Assembly: GCA_041167325.1 (NCBI GenBank)
Contig: JBEEHH010000011.1
Coordinates: forward strand, 142,653 to 206,652
Direction: 5' to 3'
DNA from: Verrucomicrobiota bacterium
Lineage (GTDB): Bacteria > Verrucomicrobiota > Verrucomicrobiia > Chthoniobacterales > UBA10450
Length of the DNA stretch: 64,000 nt
Shown here: positions 15,419 to 24,255 of the stretch, piece after piece
Layout: every line of letters begins with the position of its first letter
Position numbering within the stretch: the first letter of the stretch is position 1
Translations under genes and position numbers: made by a program
Notes under the pieces: model-generated
What the model was told of the DNA's origin: nothing
The model's input: only the letters and a program-made list of their open reading frames with translations
The model's database searches: none

Positions 15419-16102
15419 TCAGTTTCCTTCATCCCTTCGGGCGCAACCTAACACAAATAAATAGTGCGCCATTTTCTCAAAACCAGTATGCACGACTTCG
15501 TCGTTCATCGAAAATAGAAAAACATTGTGAAAGAACCGTTGCATTAAAGCCTTCAAATCGGAACCGGTCTTGCAATTGACATGCCCGGCCTTGCTGCCTG
15601 CGGAGGCATAGAGTTGCGATTCGAGAGACGGGCTGCCCAGGATGCAAACGCCCTGCCGGTTGAGGGACTTTACCATATTGCCTACAAACCGATCCTCATC
15701 CGCAACGGCGATGTGTTCGATCACGTCCAGGGCGTACGCCCCATCGAAACCACGATCCAGGGGACCACTTAATACATCATGTGTCAGGGTCTCGAATGGC
15801 CACCGGGAATCGAAATGGCGCTTGGCATCGGCGATGAACACCGGGTCGAAATCGATCGCGGTCAATGACTCAACCTGTTGAGAGACCACACGCGTGGCGA
15901 ACGCGTCAGCACAACCAATCTCGAGGACCTTTTTTAGACCCGTGAACATTTTTGCCACGAATTTGTAGCGAGCTAACACGAACGCCAGGCGTTTGGGATC
16001 ATCATGCCAGATCTGATTGCTCATCAGGCCGAGTTCAGTCGGGTGCTCCCGGGCCAAGGCAATGCAGCGGTCATATTGCGGTTCTTTGGTATGCGACTCC
16101 AT
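15419..16102 (-). CDS. Class I SAM-dependent methyltransferase
   Basis: 227 aa. Motifs VLEIGCADAFATR and DGAYALDVIEH. Confidence 0.8.
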   Translation of the reverse strand: MESHTKEPQYDRCIALAREHPTELGLMSNQIWHDDPKRLAFVLARYKFVAKMFTGLKKVLEIGCADAFATRVVSQQVESLTAIDFDPVFIADAKRHFDSRWPFETLTHDVLSGPLDRGFDGAYALDVIEHIAVADEDRFVGNMVKSLNRQGVCILGSPSLESQLYASAGSKAGHVNCKTGSDLKALMQRFFHNVFLFSMNDEVVHTGFEKMAHYLFVLGCARRDEGN

Positions 16103-16181
16103 ATCTTTTCAAATTCGGCCCGATAACAATTTCATAATTTACCCTGATTCAAGTCATTTATCCAAAATCACGACTGCCGGA

Positions 16182-16946
16182 TCATTCGAGGGAAACCTCG
16201 ACCGGCTTTGGCCAGTGGCTGCCGTAGATCATACGGCGCAACCGTCGAATAGCCACCTCCAGAAGGGTGTGAGTAACCGAAAGCACGTTACGCAAGCTCA
16301 ACGCCGTAGAGGCTCCCGCTTTACGTTCGATCGAGTGAATAGTGACGTGCCCGTAGGACGCGCCTTCATCCAGCAATCGAGTAATAGTGTCGGCTTGAAA
16401 TCCGAAGCCGTAGCTCACCGGCGGCCAGCGCATCACATTGTAGCGGAGGTGGATGGCGAGGCCATTGTAATATCGAATGTGATAACCGCTCAGCAGATTG
16501 ACGAGGAATGTGTAGGTGGCGGTGATTACTTTGCGACTCGATTTCTTACCTGTGACCTCGTGGAACGGAATGATCATGTCCGCCTTGCCCAGACAGCGGA
16601 ACATGGGGACTAACTCTTCTTTGGGCTCGGGATTATCGCCGACGCAAAGCCGATAGTATTTGCCGCTACCGAGAAAAGCCGCCTCGACGTAGTTGTTCCC
16701 GAGGCCCCGATTTTTTTCATTGGCTTTCAATCTGATCCGCAGTTCCGGGTGCTGCTCAATATAGTTGCGGACAACGGCTACCGAGTCGTCCTTTGAAGCA
16801 TCGTCAACCACGATGACCTCGTAGGCGCATCCGGCTTCCCGGAGCGCTCCTGTGACGTTGTCCAAGGTGTCGGCAATGAAGGAAGCTTCATTGTAGCAAC
16901 TGACAAGAACTGTGATGTCAATCGAATCAGCCGTGGTTGGGGGCAT
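16182..16946 (-). CDS. Glycosyltransferase family 2
   Basis: ITVLVSCYNEASFIADTL...YEVIVVDDASKDDS. The ATG at 16946 is chosen because the longer track ORF (to 17054) overlaps the end of the upstream dehydrogenase. Confidence 0.85.
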   Translation of the reverse strand: MPPTTADSIDITVLVSCYNEASFIADTLDNVTGALREAGCAYEVIVVDDASKDDSVAVVRNYIEQHPELRIRLKANEKNRGLGNNYVEAAFLGSGKYYRLCVGDNPEPKEELVPMFRCLGKADMIIPFHEVTGKKSSRKVITATYTFLVNLLSGYHIRYYNGLAIHLRYNVMRWPPVSYGFGFQADTITRLLDEGASYGHVTIHSIERKAGASTALSLRNVLSVTHTLLEVAIRRLRRMIYGSHWPKPVEVSLE

Positions 16947-16974
16947 GATGACAACTCCTACGATTGCTCCGATT

Positions 16975-18009
16975 TCACGAGAAGAGGACGATGCATCGTC
17001 CCGCTTCACCGCCCCGAACAGCATCGAGCGCCTGGTTGATCTGATCGAAGGCAAAGCGATGTGTGACTAAACCGTCCAGCTTCAGTTTGCCATTCCGGTA
17101 CAGGCCCAAGTACCGAGGAATATCGGTGGTCGGATTCGTATGACCGCCTTCGCAGCCGATCAGGACCTTACCAAAGTGAAGCGGCAGCGAATGAATCGTA
17201 ATGTCCTGATCGTGTCGCGGGACGCCCACCAGGATGGTTCGGCCAGTCTTGGCGGTTAGTTCGTAAGCTTGTTCGATCAACCGCACCAGGCCCGTGTTCT
17301 CGACAAAGGAATCGACGCCGATTGGTCCGACGATTTTCCGGACTTCTTCGCGCAGATCTGTTTTCGCGGAATTGATCAAATGAGTCGCCCCAAATTGCCG
17401 CGCCATCTCCAGTTTATGGTCATAGATGTCAATGGCGATAATCGGATCAGCCGAAACCATCGCCGCGCCTTGGACGACGTTTAAGCCGACCCCGCCGCAG
17501 CCCAAGACAGCTATCGATTGGCCTATCTTGATCTGGGCATCGTTGTTGATCAGGCCCAAGCCGGTGGTGACCGCGCAACCCATTAGGGCGGCGATCTCGA
17601 AATCGACCTCTTTGGGAATGACTGTGAGTCGATTCTCCGAGACGACCGCGTACTCGTTGAAGGTGGTAACCCAACCTGCGTTGACCGTCCGGGCGTTCCA
17701 CTTGTAGGTCGCCGGCCGCGCCTGAATCCCAGCGCCTTTGCGCCAATGCATCACAACGCGATCGTCTTTGCGGACGGCGGTGACGCCCGGACCCGTTTCC
17801 AGGACAACCGCGCCGCCTTCGTGGCCCATCAAATGCGGCAGAAACGTGTCTTCTCCCTTGACGCCGGCGATTTCACCAAGTTGCGCCCCACAGATCCCGC
17901 TGCAATGGACCTTGACGAGGACCTGACCGCATTCCAGGGGCGGAATATCGATCTCGTCGATAATGAGAGGCGTGTTTAACGCGGTTAAGATGGCGGCCTT
18001 GGTTTTCAA
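16975..18009 (-). CDS. Zinc-dependent medium-chain alcohol dehydrogenase family oxidoreductase
   Basis: 344 aa. Motifs CSGICGAQL, GHEGGAVVLETG, and the Rossmann motif VLGCGGVGLNVVQGA. Confidence 0.85.
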   Translation of the reverse strand: MKTKAAILTALNTPLIIDEIDIPPLECGQVLVKVHCSGICGAQLGEIAGVKGEDTFLPHLMGHEGGAVVLETGPGVTAVRKDDRVVMHWRKGAGIQARPATYKWNARTVNAGWVTTFNEYAVVSENRLTVIPKEVDFEIAALMGCAVTTGLGLINNDAQIKIGQSIAVLGCGGVGLNVVQGAAMVSADPIIAIDIYDHKLEMARQFGATHLINSAKTDLREEVRKIVGPIGVDSFVENTGLVRLIEQAYELTAKTGRTILVGVPRHDQDITIHSLPLHFGKVLIGCEGGHTNPTTDIPRYLGLYRNGKLKLDGLVTHRFAFDQINQALDAVRGGEAGRCIVLFS

Positions 18010-18015
18010 TTGCGT

Positions 18016-18681
18016 CTATTCGAAGTAGATGAACTCGTAGTCGCCCGTGTAACCGAAATGGCGGTAGAGCCAGATCCACTCCGCGGTATCAAAGAAAGAC
18101 TCACAGGTGAGCGCCCAGCACTGCAGATTGAATTGCTCCAGCTCGTTCCGGTAACTCTCCAGCATGACGTAGCCTTGCTTGCCGACACGCTCGACTTCGT
18201 GAAGAGCGCTTTTCAATTCGAAAATCCGCAGGTTGTGAAAACAGCCGAGCGAAATCACGAGGTCGAAGTAATCATCGCCAAAGGGATAGGCATCCTGCGC
18301 GCGATAACGGAAAAGCGAAGCTTTCAGATCCGGTAGGGCGCTCGCCAGTCCGTGAACTGAGATGTCGAAGCCGACAAGCTCGAGGCCTGGTTCGATCAAC
18401 TGCATTTCGTAGAGGAGAAAGCCCTTCCCGCATCCGACATCGAGAACACGCGAACCAGCCTTGAGGCCGTAGGTCGTGATGAGCGCCTGGGCGACGGACT
18501 TCCACCGGCCGGGAAGATACTTATAGCCGCCGTAGCCGAAGCGGCGGTCTCCGTCCCAGTAATCCTGCTCATACTCCTTGGCCTTAAGCATGCAGGTGAC
18601 CTTGTCGTCGATCATCCGCGCAAGGTAATCCCGCTTCGTGGCTTGGTGCAGCGGGGTAACGAAATTCATTAAGTGGCTCAC
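18016..18681 (-). CDS. Class I SAM-dependent methyltransferase
   Basis: 221 aa. Motifs VLDVGCGKGFLLYEM and DLVISLGCFHN. Confidence 0.85.
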   Translation of the reverse strand: MSHLMNFVTPLHQATKRDYLARMIDDKVTCMLKAKEYEQDYWDGDRRFGYGGYKYLPGRWKSVAQALITTYGLKAGSRVLDVGCGKGFLLYEMQLIEPGLELVGFDISVHGLASALPDLKASLFRYRAQDAYPFGDDYFDLVISLGCFHNLRIFELKSALHEVERVGKQGYVMLESYRNELEQFNLQCWALTCESFFDTAEWIWLYRHFGYTGDYEFIYFE

Positions 18682-18699
18682 AGGTTCTCCTTCTGGCTG

Positions 18700-19632
18700 T
18701 TAGGCGGTCGTTCCGCGCAATTGTTTAATTACCTTTCCCAAGTGCTCTGCGGTGAGGTTGTATCTCGCCATCAGGCTGGCCTGGGACCCATATTGGTCGG
18801 GAAAAACGTCTGGTATTCCTAGACGCTGAAAGCGCTTTGACGGATTGAAACTGGCTTCAGCGATGATCTCAGCCACCGCGCTGCCTAGACCGCCCATGAT
18901 AGTATGCTCCTCGATGGTCACAACTATCGGCACACGCTCTGCATTTTCATAAATGGCTTTGGAATCAAGAGGTTTCAACGTGTGAACGTGGAGCACGCTG
19001 GCAAAGATATCCTGTTTCTCCAATTCAGCCGCGGCCGCGAGCGCGACCTGCAGACATATCCCAGTGCAAACAATCAGGGCGTCCTTGCCTTCACGCATCA
19101 AGATCGCCTTCCCGATTTCGCAAAGCAGGTTGTCGCGGCTTACGATTGGATCGCCCCCTTTGCCGAGTCGGATATAGATCGGGCCATCCACCTCCAGGGT
19201 CTGCAACATTAGCCGGCGCATCTCATCCGCGTCGGCCGGTGCGAGAATAGTCATGTTAGGAACGGCGCGCAGAATAGCGATGTCGTCGATCGCAAGATGG
19301 GTCGGCCCGAGAGGGGCATAGACAACGCCACCGCCGCTGGCGATGAGTCGAACCTTGGTGTTGTGCAGGCCGAGATCGAGCACGATCTGCTCGAAGCAGC
19401 GCCGGCTGAGAAAGGTGGCGATGGTATTGATGTAAGGAATCTTTCCTTCCAGGGCGAGGCCGGCAGCCATCGTGACAATGTTCGCTTCGCTGACGCCTTC
19501 CATGAGGAATTGAGAAGGAGATTCGGCCTTAAGTTGCTTTAAGGTATCGGGTCCGAGATCGGAGCCGATAAAGACCACGCGCCGATCGCGCTTCGCCAGC
19601 TCATAAACCATGTCCAGCGAAGTCTTGCGCAT
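18700..19632 (-). CDS. Transketolase, C-terminal (pyrimidine-binding) subunit of a split enzyme
   Basis: 310 aa. Motifs FIGSDLG, EGVSEANIVTMAAGLALEGKIPY, and IEEHTIMGGLGSAV. Confidence 0.85.
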   Translation of the reverse strand: MRKTSLDMVYELAKRDRRVVFIGSDLGPDTLKQLKAESPSQFLMEGVSEANIVTMAAGLALEGKIPYINTIATFLSRRCFEQIVLDLGLHNTKVRLIASGGGVVYAPLGPTHLAIDDIAILRAVPNMTILAPADADEMRRLMLQTLEVDGPIYIRLGKGGDPIVSRDNLLCEIGKAILMREGKDALIVCTGICLQVALAAAAELEKQDIFASVLHVHTLKPLDSKAIYENAERVPIVVTIEEHTIMGGLGSAVAEIIAEASFNPSKRFQRLGIPDVFPDQYGSQASLMARYNLTAEHLGKVIKQLRGTTA

Positions 19633-20477
19633 TACTCGTTGTCCAATGAGGCAAAAAGAGCAGCCACTTCGGTTTCACTCACCTTGGCCTTGTGATGCCA
19701 GGAAAGATTTCTCTCGGTCACGCTTGTTCCTTTGCCTTTAACGGTGTGGCAAATGAGCGCGCCCGGCTTATTCGAGTGGAACGGCGTCTGTTTCAGAACA
19801 TCTCGCAACGCATCGACGTCGTGTCCGTTCACCTCACGCACCGCGAAACCAAAGGAACTCCACTTGTCTGCCAGCGGCTCCAATCCCTGCACTTCAGCGA
19901 TGGTGCCGTAAGTCTGTTGCTTGTTGTAATCGATCAGGACCGTGAGCTGCGAGAGCTTGTGCTGGGCCGCGCACAATGCCGCCTCCCACACGCTGCCTTC
20001 GCTGCATTCGCCGTCGCCGACGATGACAAACACGCGATGCTTTTCTCCCGTGAGTTTCGCGTTCAGGGCAAAGCCAACTCCGAAGGACAAGCCATGCCCC
20101 AGACTGCCAGTCGACGCTTCGACCCCCGGCACCTTCCCGTATTCCGGATGTCCTCCGAGAATGCCGTCGCTCGCGCAGAATTTCCAAAGCTCCGCTTCGG
20201 GAAAAAACCCTTTCTCCGCCAGCATGACGTAGAGGGCGATGCAGCCGTGGCCTTTGCTGAGAATGCAGCGGTCGCGCTCGGGCCAGCGCGGATTCTGCGC
20301 GTCGTAACGCAAGATATCGTCATAGAGCACCCGCAAAATTTCCATGACCGAAAAGGCGGCTCCCACGTGGCCCCGTTTGCCGGCCTCGATCGTCCGCACA
20401 ATCATTTTGCGCAGCTCGCGGGAGCGCCGATCGAGCGCGATATCGTCAGAGATGATAGGGGAAATTGCGGTAGTCAT
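19632..20477 (-). CDS. Transketolase, N-terminal (TPP-binding) subunit of a split enzyme
   Basis: Motifs GHVGAAFSVMEIL, LSKGHGC, GSLGHGLSFGVG, and VGDGECSEGSVWEA. I prefer the ATG at 20477 (MTTAISPI..) over the track start at 20579. Confidence 0.85.
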   Translation of the reverse strand: MTTAISPIISDDIALDRRSRELRKMIVRTIEAGKRGHVGAAFSVMEILRVLYDDILRYDAQNPRWPERDRCILSKGHGCIALYVMLAEKGFFPEAELWKFCASDGILGGHPEYGKVPGVEASTGSLGHGLSFGVGFALNAKLTGEKHRVFVIVGDGECSEGSVWEAALCAAQHKLSQLTVLIDYNKQQTYGTIAEVQGLEPLADKWSSFGFAVREVNGHDVDALRDVLKQTPFHSNKPGALICHTVKGKGTSVTERNLSWHHKAKVSETEVAALFASLDNE

Positions 20478-21492
20478 GCATTGTTTGCCCCAGAAGGCCG
20501 CGAGCCTTTTCGAGCTGGGCAGTCTGGCTCCAGACGCCGGAAACGCCGACAGCAAAGCTTCGCCTGGGCGAATGGTCAAGGGTAAATTCGTTTAACAAAA
20601 TCGTGCACCATTTCAGCGCGAAAAGCGGGTAAACCGCCCGAACGCGGGCCTCAATTTCCGGTGAACCGGAAAACATCGCCAGAGCGTCGGCAAAGAAGTG
20701 CTGCTTGAGTTCGTGCGGCAATTGCATGCCGGGATGCAGGAGAAAATCGGAGATGGTTTTTGCGGGGTCGTCCCAACCGAAGTACTCAAGATCGAGGAAG
20801 GCCAACTCGCCGTCGGGCCGTCGCAGCGTGTTATGGAATCCGAAATCAGAGGGGCTAAGTGTCCGAGCGTCAATGGAGATATCCTCCGCCGGGTCGATGC
20901 CGCGGTCCTGACAGAAACCACGGCACCAGTCCTCCGCGGTTTTTCGGAACGGAACGAATTCCCGAGTGAGAAAATCGGCGAGCGCCGGTTCGCATCCAGC
21001 AGCGCGCTCCAAACCCTCGAATCGGCGATCGAGATTCTCCAAGACCGCATCGATGGAAAAACAGGCTTCGGACGCGGCGGGAAAATCGGAGGCGGCGCCG
21101 CTCGCTGCGATCTGCTTGAGTGCCCGCAAAAAGTCCAGGAGCTGATCGATATCCGCGTGGCCGATCTCAGCCGAAGTGACTTGCCGCCCTTCAATGAATT
21201 CGTAGACCGCGAGATGTTGTTCTTCATCCGCTGCGAGCGGCCTAGCCACGCTGCGCAGACCGCGCTCCCGCAACAACTGCAGCGCGCGAAATTCGCAGCC
21301 CATCCGATCCCGGCGATCCCGCGCCGAACGAAAATACGCTTTTACCGCCACGGCCGCACCGTCCGCGCAATCTACTCGGAAGACCCGGCTATTCCGTCCG
21401 CCCTTTATCTGCTGGAGCGCGCTCGCTTCCACTTTCAAATAGCGCCGGAGAATGTCGCGAATGTTCTCCTCCAATTCAGCGTCGTTCGTCAT
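20446..21492 (-). CDS. Aminoglycoside/choline-kinase-fold phosphotransferase family protein
   Basis: Motifs GGRNSRVFRV, AVKAYF, LSPSDFGFHNTL, and LAFLDLEYFGWDDP. Candidate starts are at 21534, 21507 and 21492; the shortest overlap with the upstream HAD gene was chosen. Confidence 0.7.
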   Translation of the reverse strand: MTNDAELEENIRDILRRYLKVEASALQQIKGGRNSRVFRVDCADGAAVAVKAYFRSARDRRDRMGCEFRALQLLRERGLRSVARPLAADEEQHLAVYEFIEGRQVTSAEIGHADIDQLLDFLRALKQIAASGAASDFPAASEACFSIDAVLENLDRRFEGLERAAGCEPALADFLTREFVPFRKTAEDWCRGFCQDRGIDPAEDISIDARTLSPSDFGFHNTLRRPDGELAFLDLEYFGWDDPAKTISDFLLHPGMQLPHELKQHFFADALAMFSGSPEIEARVRAVYPLFALKWCTILLNEFTLDHSPRRSFAVGVSGVWSQTAQLEKARGLLGQTMHDYRNFPYHL

Positions 21493-22150
21493 GGAAGAAG
21501 AACTCATCAAGGTCCTGCCAGGTTCGGAACACATTGATCTCCGTGCTCCCGGGAGTCACGCCGTGCGGCGCGAAAAGCAATTTCGTGACCTCGCGCGGGA
21601 AACTGCTTTCGGCAAAAACTTCCGTCAGATCATCGATAAAATGCGTGCAGCCGAGGGCGCGGATGCGTTCGATTTTTTCCAGGCGCGTGGACTCGAAGAA
21701 AACGTCGTCCGGCGAAAGCCCGCAGCCATCCGGGTCAAAAAACTTTTTCGCCTTCATCCAGGCGATCGCCGAAGCCCGCAGATCAACCGGTTTTCCATCG
21801 AGCGTGGCAAAGTGGGTTTTGTGGCTGACGATCACCGCTTTGGTTCCCAGCTTGAAGCAATGGCGCAAGAAATTTTCGCTTCCCTCGAACGCCGTCGCGC
21901 CGGACATCTGCGCTCCATACACGATGGCCTGAAGCCGGGTCCACTTGCTTTCGCCGTGGGACAAAAGGCGGATCGCATCACGAATCTGTTCCTTGCTCCT
22001 GGGAGCGGACGATTCGATCAAGCCTTCCTGGCGCGCGACGGAATGAAAGAGCTCGTCATAACAAACCAGCGTGTTGTCGAGATCGACCCCGATGATGGTT
22101 CGACCGGGAGTTTGGACGGGCTGGCGCGAGCTCAGCCGCTTTTCATTCAT
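21476..22150 (-). CDS. HAD-superfamily hydrolase (putative sugar-phosphate phosphatase)
   Basis: 224 aa with DxDxT motif IIGVDLDNTLV. It overlaps the upstream SIS gene by 8 nt. Confidence 0.75.
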   Translation of the reverse strand: MNEKRLSSRQPVQTPGRTIIGVDLDNTLVCYDELFHSVARQEGLIESSAPRSKEQIRDAIRLLSHGESKWTRLQAIVYGAQMSGATAFEGSENFLRHCFKLGTKAVIVSHKTHFATLDGKPVDLRASAIAWMKAKKFFDPDGCGLSPDDVFFESTRLEKIERIRALGCTHFIDDLTEVFAESSFPREVTKLLFAPHGVTPGSTEINVFRTWQDLDEFFFHDERR

Positions 22151-22712
22151 CCTTCAGCGCGTCCGTCAGAAATTGGCTCAGCGCCGCGTGAGCGAGTTCG
22201 ACGTGACCATAGCTGCGGGACGGAATGTAAAAATTCACATCACCCAAACTGCGCAACGGATTATCGGGCGCAAAACCCGAAAGCGTGATAATTCGGGCGC
22301 TGGCCTTCCGTGCGGCCCGGGCGCAGCGCAAAATGTTTTCGGATTGCCCCGAGCTGCTGATGGCGATGAGGACGTCGTCCGGTTCGGCCCACAAATTCAT
22401 GAGCGTCTCGTAGGCGGTCTGGTAACCATCGTCGTTGGCGAGCGCCGTGAGGAGCGACTGTTCGGTGAAGACGAGGCACCGCATCCTGACCGCCTTGCAA
22501 AGGTCGTTTTGCATGTGGCTGGCGATCGCGGCGCTGCCTCCATTTCCCACCACCACAGCTTTCGCTTTTTTCTTTTTGGCGGTGCGAATCAAATCGAGGG
22601 CCGCTTTTCCGCCTTCGTCGAGCGAGAGGTTCTCCTCCGCGGCGGTCTTAATCTCCATCGCGGAAATAAGCCGGCTCAATTCATCGAGATAAGTCGAGGC
22701 AGTGTTCATCAT
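22143..22712 (-). CDS. SIS-domain phosphoheptose-isomerase-like protein (GmhA family)
   Basis: Motifs VVVGNGGSAAIASHMQNDL and IAISSSGQSENI. The ATG at 22712 forms an ATGA overlap with the stop of the upstream gene. The longer track ORF (to 22850) is rejected. Confidence 0.8.
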   Translation of the reverse strand: MMNTASTYLDELSRLISAMEIKTAAEENLSLDEGGKAALDLIRTAKKKKAKAVVVGNGGSAAIASHMQNDLCKAVRMRCLVFTEQSLLTALANDDGYQTAYETLMNLWAEPDDVLIAISSSGQSENILRCARAARKASARIITLSGFAPDNPLRSLGDVNFYIPSRSYGHVELAHAALSQFLTDALKDE

Positions 22713-24238
22713 TTTAAGATCGTCTCGATGTGTTTCATCAGGGGCACCCGATCCACCGGCCGCTGGTTGGCGACGACGCTCACGGCATGCGCTCCCACTA
22801 CGTTCGCGGTAAAACCGACAATTTCCATCGGCGCGTTTTGTACTACGCACATGGCGGTGACGGCAAAGACCGCATCCCCTGCGCCCACCCGATCGACGAT
22901 GTGGCTGGTGAAGGCCGGCACTTCAAAAAATCCGGCGTCCTTGTCGTAGCAAAGACAGCCTTTCTCACCGCGCGTAACGATTGCACGCGAGCAGCCCAGC
23001 TTATCGGCCACCATGGCAGTTATGTTCCGAAGATCTTGTTGTCGCGTCCGGCAATCGAGCCGGATTTCGTTTTCGGAAATGCAGATGTAATCGGCACGCG
23101 GATATTTGGAGATCGTGTTGAAACCACGGTTGTGTGCATTGACCTGAGTGTTCACAGCGAGAAAAGGAGCCTTGGTCGTCAATAAATCGACAGCGCTCTT
23201 GTCGAGCATTCCGTGGCCGTAATCGAGCGCCAAGACGAGGTCGTACTCGGCCGAAGTTTTTTCCAGCTCCGAACAAAGCTGTTTCGAGCCCGCCTCATGC
23301 GTTTCCTTTTCGCTGATCACGTAAACCTCGAACATTTTTTGAAAGGGATAGAACTCGACAAACCGGCGCTTCACGATCGTCGGTTCATTCTCGAGGTAGA
23401 TAAACTTTGGTGAGACTTTCGGGTTCAAAGCGGAGCGGATAAAATCTTCGTACGAATTGGTGCTCCCGAGAAAAGTAAGCAGGTGGACGTTGTCGCAGAA
23501 GGACGCGAGATGATTGGCGACCGCGACGGAGCCGCCGGCGAAACGCTCCGTTCGTAAATGGCGCGCCGCGAGGATCGGTTCCTTGCCGGACTTTCCCATG
23601 GTCTCGCAATATTCGTATTCGTCGATGATGGTTTCGCCGACGAGAAGGACCTTTAGATCTTTTGCCCCCTTCAGAAAACTGAGCACCTTGTCCGTGGGAT
23701 GGCGGACGGAGAACGCAGCCAGGTATTCGCTGGTTTCCTTGGGAAAATTCGGGAAATGCCGGTTCAGCAGATTCGAAGAACTGAACGTGATGTCTTCCGT
23801 GAAAATAATCTTACCGCCACCAGCTTCGACGGCCTCCTGCTCGTGCACGATTCCACCGCTGATGTCTTTGCCAGCTTCGATGTAATCGGAACCTTTGACG
23901 TAGAAATCGGGCCGGAGCAGCCGGATGACTTCTATCGCAGTCGGCCATCGATTGATCGCGACAAAGTCCACGCACTCCAGCATGGCCAGCGCTTCCGCGC
24001 GCAAAGTCTCGGTGAAAGCGGGGCGTCCCGGGCCTTTGTTGACCAAGTGATCAGGCGTGATGGTGACGACGAGAATATCGCCCAGCCGCCGTGCGCCGTT
24101 CAAATGACGCAGATGGCCGATGTGCAACAAGTCGAACACGCCATGGCAATGCACCGTTTTCTTGCCTGCGGTGCGCAAGGCGGCGACTTCGTCGGCGACT
24201 TCTTCGAGGCTCTTGATTTTCTGGGCAGCAGCGATCAT
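22709..24238 (-). CDS. Bifunctional cytidylyltransferase-family nucleotidyltransferase (N-terminal) / PfkB sugar kinase (C-terminal), with HldE domains in reverse order
   Basis: 509 aa. The N-terminal domain has HCHGVFDLLHIGHLRHL (HxGH). The C-terminal domain ends with the PfkB motif VDRVGAGDAVFAV. Confidence 0.8.
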   Translation of the reverse strand: MIAAAQKIKSLEEVADEVAALRTAGKKTVHCHGVFDLLHIGHLRHLNGARRLGDILVVTITPDHLVNKGPGRPAFTETLRAEALAMLECVDFVAINRWPTAIEVIRLLRPDFYVKGSDYIEAGKDISGGIVHEQEAVEAGGGKIIFTEDITFSSSNLLNRHFPNFPKETSEYLAAFSVRHPTDKVLSFLKGAKDLKVLLVGETIIDEYEYCETMGKSGKEPILAARHLRTERFAGGSVAVANHLASFCDNVHLLTFLGSTNSYEDFIRSALNPKVSPKFIYLENEPTIVKRRFVEFYPFQKMFEVYVISEKETHEAGSKQLCSELEKTSAEYDLVLALDYGHGMLDKSAVDLLTTKAPFLAVNTQVNAHNRGFNTISKYPRADYICISENEIRLDCRTRQQDLRNITAMVADKLGCSRAIVTRGEKGCLCYDKDAGFFEVPAFTSHIVDRVGAGDAVFAVTAMCVVQNAPMEIVGFTANVVGAHAVSVVANQRPVDRVPLMKHIETILK

Positions 24239-24255
24239 GCGTTGGGAGAATAAGA

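Noticed and set aside
19692-20585. Long antisense ORFs opposite real genes: 19692..20585 +, 20698..21537 +, 21452..22288 +, 22071..22949 +, 23699..24253 +, 24661..25284 +, 25245..25979 +, 14320..15024 +, 47113..47847 -, 16017..16613 +.
   Set aside because: Each lies entirely opposite an ORF with clear family motifs. Their translations are Arg/Ala/Gly/Pro-rich and low in complexity, with no recognisable motif. This is typical of shadow ORFs in moderately GC-rich DNA.
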